Assembly: GCA_048772705.1 (NCBI GenBank)
Contig: JBLWGC010000121.1
Location: 229,020-293,019 of the forward strand
Reading direction: 5' to 3'
Source of the DNA: Leidyana gryllorum EB-2025a
Lineage: Eukaryota; Protista; Apicomplexa
Length of the DNA: 64,000 bases
Positions within the stretch are counted from its first letter, which is position 1. Each line of letters opens with the position of its first letter. A program made the position numbers and the translations under genes. Of the stretch, positions 12,901 to 26,200 are shown piece after piece. Under the pieces are notes generated by a model. It saw only the letters and a program-made list of their open reading frames with translations, did not search any database and was not told the origin of the DNA.

Positions 12901-15410
12901 AGATTGTGCAATCGATGAGAGATAGAATTCTGTGGAATCGTATAAGAGCTCTACTGGCAATCTCTGAAGGTCTGTACACTAATCATATGTTGGCGTGCGT
13001 TGAGGGGCTCCAGAAACACCACAAATGGATCGGATATTGTCCAGAGCTGATTAACGAGGTGACGCCAGCGGCGCCTCATCATCCTGAGCTTTTGGGTAAT
13101 CTTCTGCTCCAAACCATCAATCGGATGGGACTCTTGCGTAAGTGACAACTACTGCCTCCATCTTGTATGCTGATCGACAGAATCTGGGGAGTCCAAGGAA
13201 GAGGAAATGTCCACGACCCTCCGAGATCTGTTCGAAAAACCGGGCGCTGGTTCCCTCCGTATCAGAGCGCACAAGCCGCAGACGCTGGGGTCACAAGTGG
13301 TGATCAAAGCTCTGGTGGACCCCTTGTCCAGGTTCGGTCAGCAAATCATCCCGACGCTCGCCTACATGCACAAGCATTTCAATACTACTGTGGTTCTGAT
13401 CCTGAACCCCGGAGCTTCGTACAAAGAGCTTCCAGTAAACCGCTATGTGCGGGTCGTAGCAGCTCCTCCCAAGGTCATCCCCACAGACACGTCCAATTCT
13501 CTGACAGCCAATTGGAACAGTGTTCAGACAAATGAGACGTTGACCGCTGCCATTGAAACATATCCTCACTGGAGGATCAGGTGAGCTGATTGCTGAATTC
13601 CGTATACCATTTCGTGCCCGTAGGAGTCTTGAAAAAGAGCTTGACATGGATAACCTGCGCCAAGTTGCCTTGATGGATACCAAACCCACGACCGCTAAAT
13701 ACTTGTTGAATGGACTCTATATTGAGGGTATGTCGCAGAATAGGATCTTGGAGGGTCCGGATGTTGTCGTACGAGAAGACGGACAACGCGAAGGTTCAGT
13801 ATGGGAAACGCGTGTGCTGCCCGAAACAGCTGGTGGCAACCTGCTAGTCTTACGGCGCCAGGACACAGGCGAGGCCGTTGCTGACACCGTAACTCTGCGA
13901 AACTTCGGATACTTCCAGTTTCCGGTTGATCGTCCTGGACTCTTCTATGCCTCGATGGTCAACAGTGAAGACCGGCACACTACGTTGGATTTGACTCGAT
14001 ATGGGATGCCAACACCGACGGATCTTGGAGTGTTTCAACTGCAAGTCAACGGATCCCACTGGGCCACAACAATGTACAGTATGTCTACCTCAATCGATAA
14101 GATGTTGGATCGCACTCGTGTGTTACCCCTTAGGTGAACTGGAAGTGCAAGGGCTCGGGCCGGTATCATTAACATTAGATTTCTTGAGTGCCTCACAATC
14201 AATTTTAAACAACTATGGCACTCTGGCCAAGATGAAAAGCTGGGTTCGAAGTTTCTGGTCTAAAGATGGTGGAAACGTAGCGGATGGTGCCCTGCCCAAA
14301 GCGCCTGCTATCGCTGCCTATGAGACTGACCCTGATACTATTCATGTCTTCAGTCTGGCGTCTGGACACTTGTACGAGCGTCTGTTGCGCATAATGATGA
14401 CTTCTGTGAGGACGCACACGAAGAACAAGTTGGTGTTCTGGATCTTGGACAACTTTTTGTCTGCTCAGTTCAAGGATACCGTTAAACGCTTGGAGGAAGA
14501 GTGAGTTGTGTTTTGGGATTACAGTAAGAATATTGTGTACCCTTCAGATACGACAACTTTGAGGTTCGCTATGTGAGCTACAAGTGGCCGCCCTTTCTGC
14601 GCGTGCAGACCGAGAAGCAGCGCCAAATATGGGCATACAAGATACTGTTCTTGGATGTGCTCTTCCCCATTTCGGTTGATAGAGTCATTTACATCGACGC
14701 GGATCAGGTGCGTGGTTTGATGTGTGTCTGTTTCCAGTCCATGTGCGTCGTCCAGATCGTTCGGGCCGATGTTAAAGAGTTATGGGAGATGGATTTGGGC
14801 GGAGCTGTATACGGATTCACGCCGTTTTGCAACGATCGGGAAGAAACAGCGCCTTTCCGATTCTGGGAATCAGGATATTGGAGCAAACATTTGGAATTGG
14901 GGAAGTACAATTATCACATTTCAGCTCTGTTCGTGGTGGATTTGGCAAAGTTCCGAGAGAGACAGATTGGCAGCGACCTGCGGGCGGCCTATCAGTCTCT
15001 TTCAGCAGATCCTAATTCGTTGGCCAATTTGGATCAAGACTTGCCAAACTTTACCCAAAAGCAGATTCCTATTCATTCTCTGCCTCAGGTGAGTGATGAG
15101 GACGTCTTGTCGCAGAGCCTCTCCGATACCAATGGCAATAGGAATGGCTGTGGTGTGAGACGTGGTGCTCTGATCGGTCAAAGACAAAGGCAAAGACGAT
15201 TGATTTGTGTAACAATCCTTTAACGCATGAGCCCAAGTTGGTCCAGGCTCAACGAATAGTAGATGAGTGGATTACTTATGACAAGGTGAGACTCGAAGAG
15301 TGAGGGAGCACAACTTGAATATTGATTGCAATACGCAGAGAGTAGCAGAAATCCTCCAGAGGGACGGAAAAGACGATGCTGTGGAGCGGCCTGTGAGGGA
15401 GGAACTATAG
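9966..15410 (+). CDS. UGGT: UDP-glucose:glycoprotein glucosyltransferase (GT24)
   Basis: Signal peptide [13 protein letters not shown]; [20 protein letters not shown]; [13 protein letters not shown]; DADQ; [12 protein letters not shown]; EWLWCETWC; KTIDLCNNP. The spliced last exon ends in the ER-retrieval-like REEL*. Confidence 0.93.
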
Positions 15411-15445
15411 AACAAACTTCTTTTGGGTCCCTAATTAGTACAGCG

Positions 15446-18400
15446 ATGACAACAGACAATACAGTTTGGGGCCAAGAGTCGGACTTTTGGACCTCTGACG
15501 ATGAGGTAGGCGAGGAACAGCAGGCATCTCCTCGCCAACAGACACCTCCTGCGGCTGAAGAGGAAATACCAGAGTGGCTGAAAGCCTTTGATGCGGAAAG
15601 AGCCACTTTTGACGACGTAGTTGGTGTGGCCGACGGATTTGGTAATGAGCCACCGAGCCAACGGATAATAGAGCCAAATATCACCGCTCCGCAAGCTGAG
15701 GGACGTTATATACGGAAAAAATGGGTTATTGAGGACAAACACGATGTATCGAACTTCAATGAGGTCCTACCCAAAGAAGACAGGGCTTTTCTTCACCCTT
15801 TTGAGCTCGATGACTTTCAGAAACGAGCGGTTCTGCACATTGAACGAGGAGAACACACTTTCGTCTGCGCTCACACAAGCGCTGGAAAGACGGTTGTTGC
15901 AGAATACGCCATCGCACTCGCTGCCAAGAACAATATGCGCGCGGTTTACACATCACCCATCAAGGCTCTGAGCAATCAAAAGTTTCGAGAATTCAGTCAG
16001 ATATTTCCAAGTGTCGGAATCATCACTGGGGATGTGTCGGTGAACACCAGAGCGCAGTGCTTGATCATGACCACAGAGATCTTGAGAAGTCTGCTCTATA
16101 GGGGCGACGCTCTGCTCGCCCAACTCTTTGTTGTCATATTTGATGAGGTCCATTATGTATCCGATCCGGATCGCGGAGTTGTGTGGGAGGAGACAATCAT
16201 AATGCTGCCGTCGACTGTCACGATGGTCATGTTGTCTGCCACCGTTCCCAACTACCTACAGTTTGCCGAGTGGATTGGCACCACCAAACAACGGGAAGTC
16301 TTCTGTATGAGTACTACATACCGGCCGACGCCCTTGAGGCACTATTTGTGGGCCAATAATCGAGCATATCTGCTCATGGACAATCGCAATCAATTCAATA
16401 CTGGGGTGAGTGATGCAAATGCAATCGTAGGGAGACACACGCACACGTGTGCCCGTAGGCTTATAACATGGTGTATTCGGATGCCCGCGCTGCACAAAAG
16501 GCAAAGGAACAGAGAGCGGCCGCTAAGGCCAAATCTAAAGCAAAAGCCAAAGCGCAAACCCGCATGGCTCCAAATCCAAAGTTCCAGAGTGCGGAGGCCA
16601 AATCGAAGACCGAGCGTCAAAAGCTTCAGGCCTTCTTGGAGTTCTTGCAATCTAACAACGGACTACCTGTCGTATGCTTCTGCTTCAGCCGTCGTCGTTG
16701 TCAGCAATTGGCGGAGCAACTGCCCAACATTATAAACGTTTCTGCTGACACAAAGTCAAAGATTCATGTGTTTGTGAAGGTGAGCGATTGATATTTGGGT
16801 TGATCACACTTTGACTCGTTTGTTTTGCAGCAAGCCTTGTCGGGACTGAACGCAGATGATCGTCAGTTGCCGCAAATTAAGATTGTAGAGTGTTTGGTTC
16901 AGAAGGGAATTGGTATTCACCACGGTGGACTTTTGCCGATAGTGAAAGAAATGGTGGAGATCCTGTTTAGTCGGGGACTAATTCAAGTTCTGTTTGCGAC
17001 CGAAACCTTCGCCATGGGTGTGAATATGCCGGCCCGATCGGTGTTGTTCACGGGTGTGAGGAAGCACGATGGACGTCAGCATCGGCCTCTGCTAGCGTCG
17101 GAGTATATCCAGATTGCGGGACGTGCGGGTCGTCGTGGGCTGGACGAGTGTGGGAATGTGTACATTCTATCTGCGGGCGACGAGCCTCCGTTGCAGAACG
17201 AGTTGCATTCAATGATGTTGTTCCGATCAACACCATTGTCATCTCGTTTCCGTCTGACGTTCAGTATGATACTGCAGCTGATATACCGGCGGGGTATGCG
17301 TCCGATAGATATGATTTCATCGTCGTTCAAAGAGAGCTCACGGGCTCAGCAACTGCCGATTCTTCGGCGGGATCTTCAACGGCGGCGGAAGGAGTTGGAG
17401 GATCTGCCTCCGGTCGACTGTATATTTGGAGAGAAGGCTCTGAAGGAATATGTGGATTTGGAGATGAAGTCGAGGTATCTCGGGAACAAATTACATTTGT
17501 CATTGATTAATTCGAGATACGCCTCTGAAGTGTTCTGTTCGGGAAGATTGGTTTTGGTTCACACATTGCCGTTCGTCCCTATTAGTTGTTACGGAATCAT
17601 CCTTCGGAGGGAGCGACAAGGCGAAGAAGCCACGACGAGTGCTCCTGGAGGCGGCACTGATAGTCCGCTGAAAGGAAACGTTACTCGACAGTTCTATCAG
17701 GGGAATGGGGGTGCGGCCGGTGGTCAGCAGGCTGAGGTCGTTGATGCATACTTCACACTGCTGATATTGGTCCCTCGCGGGTCGCAAGTGAGCTCCAAAG
17801 ACACTTTGGGCGAAGTGACAGCTTTGGAGGCGGAGACAAATCTGATTTTGTCCACCGCCACTCGCAGTGCTGCGAAAGTAGAGATCCAACATGTGGGCAG
17901 TCTGACTCACGATGCCGGCGCCACAGAGGAGGAGCTGCGGGCCGCCGACACAGAAGCGGCTCTGTCGGTTCGCGATGGCAATTATATCCCGTCGCGTCAG
18001 TTTGCTGTGGTGACGGGGGTACCACTGTCGTCCATCGGGTCTCTAATGACGGAGACTGTGCAGCTCCCGTCGGAGCACTGGGTGACCGAGGGAGGCGAGG
18101 AGGATAGTGTGGTCCCCTCAAAGAATACAAATGAGACAGATGCTAAGGAGGCGGAGAAGATTATGTGGTGGTCACGAGTGGCACAGTCGGTGGACGATCT
18201 GCTGGTCAGCACAAAGGGCAGTCTGAACGCTTTCACTATACCCAAGAAGATGAGACAGATTGAGATCGAACACGTCGTCGATGCGACTCAGTTGCGCGGG
18301 ATCACCACGCAGCTGATGAACCATCAGTGCCACTTGGACCCCCGCAGGGCCGACAACGTCCGCATAATGCTGCGCCGGCGACAACTGGAGAAGGACATAG

Positions 18401-19221
18401 AAGACATCGACTTCCAGATTTCTGATTCCAGTCTCGATTTAGTCCCCGAACTGTTGGCCAAAATCGATGTGCTCAAATCGAGACAATTCTTGGAACAGAA
18501 CGGGTCAATCGCGCTGAAGGTGAGGAACTGTGTGTCTGTGTGTGGTGGGGGGGGGGGTATATATGTGTGTGTGTGTCTGTGTGTCTGTGTAAAGAATCTT
18601 TGTTAGGGTCGTGCGGCGTGTGAGGTAATGGCGACGGACGAGATATCGCTGTTGGAGGCGGTGTTTGAGCACGTGTTACAGGATCGGTCCCCGGAGGTGA
18701 TAGCGGCGGCGGTGTCGGCTTACGTTTTCCCGGAGAACAACGAGGACGAAGACGTGATTTTCAGTGAGGAGGTTGAAGAGGTGAAGGAACGACTGACAGC
18801 AATTCACAATGCGATTGGCGAGGAGCTGTGTGGTAGAGGTGTCCGTCTGAACTGGGATGACTGGAATAAATTGTGCAACTTCAAGTTCGCACAGGTCGCT
18901 TGGCGGTGGGCCCGGGGAGAGCCATTCACTAAACTCGTTGAAAAGACCTCTTTACAAGAGGGAACGATTGTGAGAACCATCGTACGCCTGGACGAGCTCA
19001 TTCGGAAGGTGAGGAGCATCGACCTTTTCATTCTATGGGTATGGGTGTGTATGTGTCTCTCTTGCTTGCTATGGCGCTTATCCACTCATTTTCTCTTGTC
19101 TGTGCAGTTGAAGGGAGTGGCTCATCTCATCGGGAACCGCGAGTTGAAGGACGCCCTCACAAAGACTTCGGAGCTCATTCATAGAGACATTGTCTTTGCC
19201 TCCAGTCTCTACATTCAGTAG
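15446..19221 (+). CDS. SKI2: Ski2 DExH RNA helicase (SKIV2L)
   Basis: FELDDFQ; AHTSAGKTVVAEYAI; IFDEVHY; SAT; HHGGLLPIVKE; AGRAGRRG; C-terminal DSHCT ending RDIVFASSLY. Confidence 0.92.
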
Positions 19222-19234
19222 CCAGCCAGCTGTC

Positions 19235-20145
19235 TCAGATGACGGCTTCCAGGTCAGTCGCGTAGCCGAGCCATTGCTTCATCAACGACATTGTGGGAAC
19301 CTCGTCTTTGGTCTGAAAAGGGAGGGATGGTCGATGGGGGGAGGGAGGAGAACCTACGTGGGTGGCGACGGTGGTGGCGTGGGCTTTTTGTAACGCCACC
19401 TGCATTCGGTGGCGTGTGGACTCCGCCAGAGGAGCAGCAAAGACACTGAAGCGCGGGTCGGGGAGCTGTTGCTGTAGGGCAATAAGAACCTGAAGGCCCC
19501 AGATCCAAAAGTTGTGGCCGACGTGGACTGACTTACGGGCAACGAATTCCCATCAACTATATGTGTTTCGAGTTTAAGCGGAAAGTTCAGTAACGCAGCG
19601 TCTTGAGGTGTGAGTTTGACTCCACAGAATGTGGTGGTCTCGCCGTGCTCCGTCTCCCCCTTGCCACAAATCCGCCGCAGCAGAATATGAAAGGCCTCCA
19701 AATCGTCGTTGGCCAGATATCGAGTGAGCATCAGAGCCACAATGAGCGCTTGACGCTCTGACAGCGCTTGTTGCTGAAGAGCGATGAGGAAATTGACAGC
19801 CTGCCAGGCAACTGGCCTCTGACTCACACGAAGAATCAAGGGATGCAGATATATGCTCTCGAGCTCAACAAACTCGCGAGCGAAAAGTTCCTCGTCGCGC
19901 TGGAGGAGAGCCACCATCACGCTGACCTCCAAAACACCCCGTACATATAGCAACTCATCCAAGACTTGAGTCATCTTTTGGTGGTTGGATAGGGATTGGG
20001 GCACAAAACAGCTAAGGGTGACAAACGACCGCTTGGCATCCTTAATGCGCTGTGTTATGGTGTTAAAGTCCTGACGCTTCTCAGCCGCCTGAAGTAACTC
20101 GTTCAACTCGTGCAGCCTTTGTGTAAGCGACCCGGCAGAAGACAT
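19235..20145 (-). CDS. RPN12: 26S proteasome lid subunit Rpn12/PSMD8
   Basis: RGVLEVSV..DEELFAREF..Y; L..YLA.DDL.AFH.LL; FPLKLE..IVDG; spliced C-terminus LGYATDLEAVI*. Confidence 0.8.
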
Positions 20146-20863
20146 GATTGATAAATTTTGTTGGTTCAGTCAGCCCTTTGGCGTGAAGATACTATACGAA
20201 AATTCTCTCCCGGCCTCCACTGACTCGGACTGTCACTACTACGCATCTGATAACTAATCTGTTGGTTGCTCACAGACCGCTTGTGCCGCATATAGCATGC
20301 ATTACAGTACCGTCTGCCATCAATAAAACGCCATTGTGGCGTCACATTGCACTACAACGACATTGATTTACAGTAAAGAAAGACTTAAACGAACAGGTTA
20401 CGCACACAACCCGCTTCCACCCCGGTAATATGTGGTGGGGGAACGTTGGACACACGCGCACGAAAAGGATTACTCTGCTTACCCGGCAATGTGTGCAGCT
20501 ATGCTCACGACTGGCAACCGTCGCCTTTTGTGAGGCAATACGTCGACTTCTCTGCTCCTCACGCCATCTACTTGACCCTGTACCATTTGCTTGCCACTCG
20601 GTAGAAGTCCCGTTGGCGGCAAAAGCTGTTGGAGGTGAATCTGCGAATTGAGGACATGTGGAGCCAAGTATGTGGGGAATAGGCCGTGTATGCAATCTGG
20701 GTACTCGACAGACCAATGAACACGCAGATACGTATATATATATAATCAATTGAGGGTGTTGAAACGTGTGTGTACATGACGGGTGTCTCCGTGTGGCGCT
20801 GATCGACTGGTGTAAATCCGAGGAGGACGGACCGGAGATGGCATAGATTGCCGACTATGATGA

Positions 20864-21688
20864 TCAGATGTGATGGGTTCTGCGCTTACCGGAAAGTCGA
20901 TACAGATCCGACTGTGCAGCGATCAAAGATGCTACTTCCTCGCCCCGTACCCCCATAACATTCAACCTCTCATGATCAGTCATTTCTGTTCGTGGGTTCC
21001 CAGCAATCTCAGAGGACAAGGCGGCTGCTTCCAGACTGGTTGAGAAGAGTTGGGTTGAGGAGTGGGTGACCGGCCAGGCATTAGATCCGCTGGCCTTGGT
21101 GGTTAGGCGCCACCGTAAGGATTCGAAGCGTTCCATAAAAGTGCAGGATTGGTCTGCCTGGCAGGCGAAAGTATTTCGAAGCTTGGACAGGGTCCATTTG
21201 ACACTTTCTGGTGAGTCGTCTGTTAGCAAGCCGGCGGTGCCCTGGTATAATTGGTCGAGGAGGGTCCTCTGGGCCTGCACATGTTCTTCTATCAAGCCGA
21301 TAATATCCGAAACTATCTTGTCACTTCCATTTTGTGTTTGTGTTGAATTAGGGGGTGTTGGTGGTGCTCGCAGAGGAGATATTTCTTCCTCTTCCCTTTT
21401 AACCTCATCTGTAACGGCGGCAACGTTGGATTCCTGTAATTGCTGCCGCCGTTGTCTGCGGGCATTCCGTCTGGTTCGTCTAGCGGGGAGGATCGCCAAT
21501 GGCTCGTTGTCGGAACTATCGGTGGTGGATCCACCTGAATGTTCGCTGGACTGTCGTGGAGGAGACGTGACTCTTCTCCTCTTGTATGTTGGAGGGACAT
21601 AATCTTCTTCCTCCTGGTCATCTTGGGTACGGCTTTGCGCACTATCACCTTCAGCTTCCGAATCCGCTGGGGAGGGCACAGATACCAT
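20864..21688 (-). CDS. Hypothetical protein with acidic/basic N-terminus and NLS-like KRRR
   Basis: 274-aa ATG ORF preceded by the same CAAAATTT motif seen before other genes. Confidence 0.55.
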   Translation of the reverse strand: MVSVPSPADSEAEGDSAQSRTQDDQEEEDYVPPTYKRRRVTSPPRQSSEHSGGSTTDSSDNEPLAILPARRTRRNARRQRRQQLQESNVAAVTDEVKREEEEISPLRAPPTPPNSTQTQNGSDKIVSDIIGLIEEHVQAQRTLLDQLYQGTAGLLTDDSPESVKWTLSKLRNTFACQADQSCTFMERFESLRWRLTTKASGSNAWPVTHSSTQLFSTSLEAAALSSEIAGNPRTEMTDHERLNVMGVRGEEVASLIAAQSDLYRLSGKRRTHHI

Positions 21689-21950
21689 TACACAAATTTT
21701 GCAACGAGTCCCAATGTCGTTTCAGGCAGAGCGATATGTGTGTTCGCTCGAATAGCGTGTGTCCAGCGTGTGTCTAATATCCTGAACGACTGTGTTGGAC
21801 TTGTTTACTGATCAGATCTCCAACCCTAATTATTGACAACTCAACCCTTATAGTCGGATTGATCCATACAATCCAAGAACACCAAAAACACCTCCAATAC
21901 TTTCTGACCGATCTTTCTTTTGTGTCTTTCTTTTGTTTAGACACTAACCA

Positions 21951-23141
21951 ATGGACACCGGAATTAGTATCATCGTCAACCCGTCACCCCCCGATTCTGG
22001 CTGTGTGCTGCTTCCTCTCCAGCATTCAACCACAACGTACCTCCAAGTGCCTGGCCGCCGTCAGTCGTCCAGGCATTCGTCGTCGTCGTCGACAACCTCA
22101 ACTGTATCCACAAGCTCTTGCGCCTCTTCCGTCTCCTCCTCATCGTCATCGGGATACATCACCGAGGAAGAGTCATTCGCACGCGATTTTGGGGATCTGT
22201 CAAAGCTATATGATCCGGTCGAACGACGACTTGTCCCTGACGACGGCTTCGATTGGTTCAGACCAACTTACAACCGCCGTCTCTGGAACCGAATACTCAA
22301 ACAATATGGCTCCAATCGATATAAGGAAACATATCACGTGGAATTAGAACATCTCTTGAGGAACCAGCCCGAAAGGGTTTATGTGCCCCGAAGATGGGTA
22401 CGTGACAATGACGAAAATACCAAAAGCTGTCGGGCGCAAGAAACAACTGTCCCGCAATTAGTTTCGCCCACCCCCGAACAGAGGCGATATCGCAACCAAT
22501 GCCTTAAAGAGGAACGGGCTAGACGCATGCGAGAGGGACTGCCCTTGCCAGATGACACAGCCACGCATTGCTCTACTCAACCTCGAAATATGATACGATG
22601 TGAAGTATGTAATGTTAACATTGCTTGGAAGGCATTCGTCACTCATAAATGCCTATCAATAGCTGACATGGACAGACTCAGACGTGTCGAGGACAGCAGT
22701 AACAAGTATGATCGTAGCTTCTTAAATCCATTCCCTGAAACGCTGCCCTTGAACTTCAAGCTGGTATCACCCCATAGACCGCAAATGCCAGCCCCCAAGC
22801 CCGCTGTTATCGTTCCAACCCAAGCACGTACTTCGGAACGTGAGAGAGCACTCACGTTGGCACTGCTCTATCAGCAAGTTTGCCCCAAGTGTCGAATGCT
22901 TACACCCCAAGAACTCAACGACATACATCGCAAACTCTGTGGGGCACCCACCAGACTGCAAAATCTCGTCTGCAAGATTTGCAACCGCGTCATGGGCGTT
23001 GGGGCGTACCCGAAGCACACGTGTGCGATGCCGGCTCTCGAATCCGTAAACTACCTACTGGCGCACAGTGAGTTCAAGCGCCACGTTCTGCCCACCGAAA
23101 TGCCACCCTATTTTCCCACAAGAGGAATCCTAGTTAGATAG
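21951..23141 (+). CDS. Hypothetical protein with three CX2CX11HX1-3C (C2HC) zinc fingers
   Basis: CEVC-x11-HKC; CPKC-x11-HRKLC; CKIC-x11-HTC; Ser-rich N-terminus. Confidence 0.65.
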   Translation: MDTGISIIVNPSPPDSGCVLLPLQHSTTTYLQVPGRRQSSRHSSSSSTTSTVSTSSCASSVSSSSSSGYITEEESFARDFGDLSKLYDPVERRLVPDDGFDWFRPTYNRRLWNRILKQYGSNRYKETYHVELEHLLRNQPERVYVPRRWVRDNDENTKSCRAQETTVPQLVSPTPEQRRYRNQCLKEERARRMREGLPLPDDTATHCSTQPRNMIRCEVCNVNIAWKAFVTHKCLSIADMDRLRRVEDSSNKYDRSFLNPFPETLPLNFKLVSPHRPQMPAPKPAVIVPTQARTSERERALTLALLYQQVCPKCRMLTPQELNDIHRKLCGAPTRLQNLVCKICNRVMGVGAYPKHTCAMPALESVNYLLAHSEFKRHVLPTEMPPYFPTRGILVR

Positions 23142-23243
23142 CTACCAAGTGAGTCATTGAGTACCCCCATAGAACGTCTTAATATAATTCGGGCTGTGGA
23201 CAACTAAGTATGTGGGCAAAAAAACACGGGAGGGGGCGTGAGA

Positions 23244-26200
23244 ATGCCACACTTCCTGCACCTCACCTTGCAGAAGGCGGGGGCTATCAATGCTGCGTGC
23301 AGTGGGAGTTTTACTGCCCCGAGGACTAATGAAGTAGTGGCGGCTCACGGGAAGACCCTCGGTTTATACCGCATCACTGATGAAGGACGTATGCTTGAAT
23401 TATATAGGACGGAGGTTTTCGGCCTTATCCGCCGAGTAGTCAGTTTCCGCCTCACTGGGGGCGTACGTGACCATCTTGCTGTCACAAGCGACTCTGGACG
23501 AATAGTCATTCTCGACTGGGATGCTAAGCAGCGTAAATTCGTCAAACTCCACAGAGAAACCTATGGCAAGACTGGCGTGCGCAGAGTTGTTGCAGGCGAA
23601 TACCTCGCCGTTGAGCCCAAAGGGCGCGCCCTGATGATCGGTGCCGTAGAGAAACAGAAGTTTGTATACATCCTAAGCCGTGATGCTGCCGGACGCCTCG
23701 CTATCGGGTCGCCTTTGGAGGCTCACAAGAGTTTTCAGCTGTGCTTTGACCTCTGCGCACTCAATGTGGGCTTCGAGAATCCAGTCTTCGTCTCCCTCGA
23801 AACAAACTATGAAGCGGCTGACCAACCAGTCAAGCCCGGGCATCACTCCAAAATGCCCAACAAGCAACTCGCCTTCTGGGAGCTCGATTTAGGTCTCAAT
23901 CACGTGGTCAAAAAGTGCTCGCTCAACTGTGACCGCTCCGCCACCTGTATCATCCCAATTCCAGCTGGCGCGGAGTTCTCAGAGGGTCCAGGAGGCGTTC
24001 TAGTCTGTTGCGAGAGCTTTATCCAATTCCGAAAGCCGGGTGAGCCTCACTTTCTCAACCAGTCCTTTCATTGATTGTCTGTACTCTCTCAGATCATCCG
24101 GAAATTGTCTGTGCTTATCCCCGCCGGCTCGAAATGGAGGCTGGCAAGGGTCTGATGATTGCTTCTTGGGTTGCCCACAGAATGAAAGACTTCCATTTCA
24201 TCCTTATACAAACCGAATATGGAGATCTGTACAGAGTTGATGTACAGTCAGAGGGACCGAACGTGCACGAAATCACGATACGTTACTTTGACTCGATCCC
24301 GGTGGCACTGTCACTCAACATCATCAAGAATGGTTTCCTTTTCGCGGCATCAGAGTTTGGCGATCAGTGAGTCCAACAGCACACGTGTGCCTCGCAATGT
24401 ATATGGTTGTTCCGTAGTTTGATTTATCAATTCATGGGAGTGGGAAGTGACGATGAGCCAATCACCGTCAGTTCCAAGCATCCGGATGGACGGAATGCCG
24501 TTGTCCCTTTCAAGCCACGGAACATGCGATGGCTCAATCCTGCCAGCTCGTGGCGTTCGATGGGTCCGATGACGGATTTGAAATGTATTGACTGTATCGG
24601 TGACAGTCAGACGCCACAGATATACACTTTGAGTGGCGCAGGACCGCGTTCCCATCTCAACATTCTCCGACAAGGCCTCTATGTCGACGAAATGGCAGCA
24701 AGTGAGGTCCCTGGGTACCCTCAGGGATTGTGGACCCTTCCAGAGACATATGTAAGACACTGTTCTGTCGCGGTTCCTTTCCCAATCGTACATTTCACCA
24801 ACAGAATGCAGAGCATCATAGCTATGTCTTCATGGCTTTCCATAATCAGACGCTAGTATTGCGCGTATCGGATTCCATTGAAGAGTTACAGCACTCCCAG
24901 TATGCCACTGATCGGTCTACGATCCACGCAGCTTGTCTGGCTGATGATTCCCACATCCAAGTTTATGAGGATGGCTGGCGGTTACTAACCCGTGTGTCGC
25001 ACGAAGAAGGCAACTATGAACGGACGGTATCTGAATGGAAGTCGCCATCTGGGAAGCGAGTGGTCTGTGCGGCTAGCAATGCTACACAGCTGCTTGTGAC
25101 TGTTAGCGGCGGAATGGTGGTGTACTTTGAGCTACAGCAGACGGGTGCCCAGACGTTGCAGGAGATGGCGTCGGTGGATCTCGGGCACGAGATCTCCTGC
25201 ATAGCGATTCAGCCGACTCCGAAAGGATCTCTACGGTCCCACTTCGCCGCCGTTGGAGGTATTGATCGATCTGTTCGGATATTATCCCTGGAGAAAGAAA
25301 GAGTACTTTTGCGGCAAGTTGCAGTTCAAATGTTGGCCGCTGGAGCACACGCTGAATCGCTGGCTATCTGTCGATTGCCTTTCTCCCAGGCAGAGTCTGA
25401 GGGCACCTTGTTCGGGACGACATTGTTTGTTGGTCTATCGACCGGTGTACTACTGCGGATTCGAGTAGACAGTAACACAGGGCAGCTGCAGGGGAACCGA
25501 AGGCAAAAGTATTTGGGCAACTCTCCAGTGAGAGTGGTCCCAGTGGCTGTGCGCATTCCGGCGGTTGACCCCGATGGTGACGGGAGTGTCACCCACAGTA
25601 TCATTGAGGGTTGTCTATGTTTGTCAGCGAAAGCGTGGCTGGCGTATGCCCACCAGGGATACTTCCGGCTGACCTCACTGGTATTCGACCCAATCAACTA
25701 TGCCGCCAGTCTGACATCACCCCAATGTCAAGCTGGTTACGTAGCAACTTCCGGCAATGTATTGAAGATTATGACGATCACCATCGATCCGCAAGACAAC
25801 ATTTTCTCAAATCATCAAATACCATTGCAATACACTCCTCGCCGACTCACAGTCTTCCCGCCCCCGCCGACTCTCCAAGAGCGTCAAGAGGCTAAAGTCA
25901 AAGGGATGCCCATCATGTTATTGCCTCCATCCAGTACTCGTCCGTGGCTGTTGGCCTCGATCGAAGGAGATCACAACGCCTTTGATTTGGCGACAAAGGC
26001 GGAGATCAAGATGGCGCTGGACGATATTCAACTGGAAACTCAGATGGCGGACGAGCCCAATCCGTCTGGCAACGACGGTGAAGGCGAAGGGGAAGATGCA
26101 GACAGACAGGGACCCCCGCCCGAGTGGCAAGTTGGGTCATTCAAGGCCGGTCAGGGCAAATGGGGAGGCGTTCTACGTCTAATCAATCCGGCTCCCGGGG

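Noticed and set aside
9873-15410. Stop-codon reassignment, frameshifting or pseudogenisation to explain the fragmented ORFs
   Set aside because: The breaks I checked coincide with canonical short GT..AG introns that restore the frame. TAA, TAG and TGA all terminate conserved proteins correctly.
20146-20863. Relatively long gap, possible ncRNA or small gene (likewise ~43740-44420 and ~46700-47400)
   Set aside because: I could not recognise tRNA, snRNA, SRP RNA or convincing coding signatures by eye. An Infernal/Rfam scan would be needed.
21821-21850. AACCCTA-like telomeric motifs
   Set aside because: Only two imperfect isolated copies, so not a telomeric tract.
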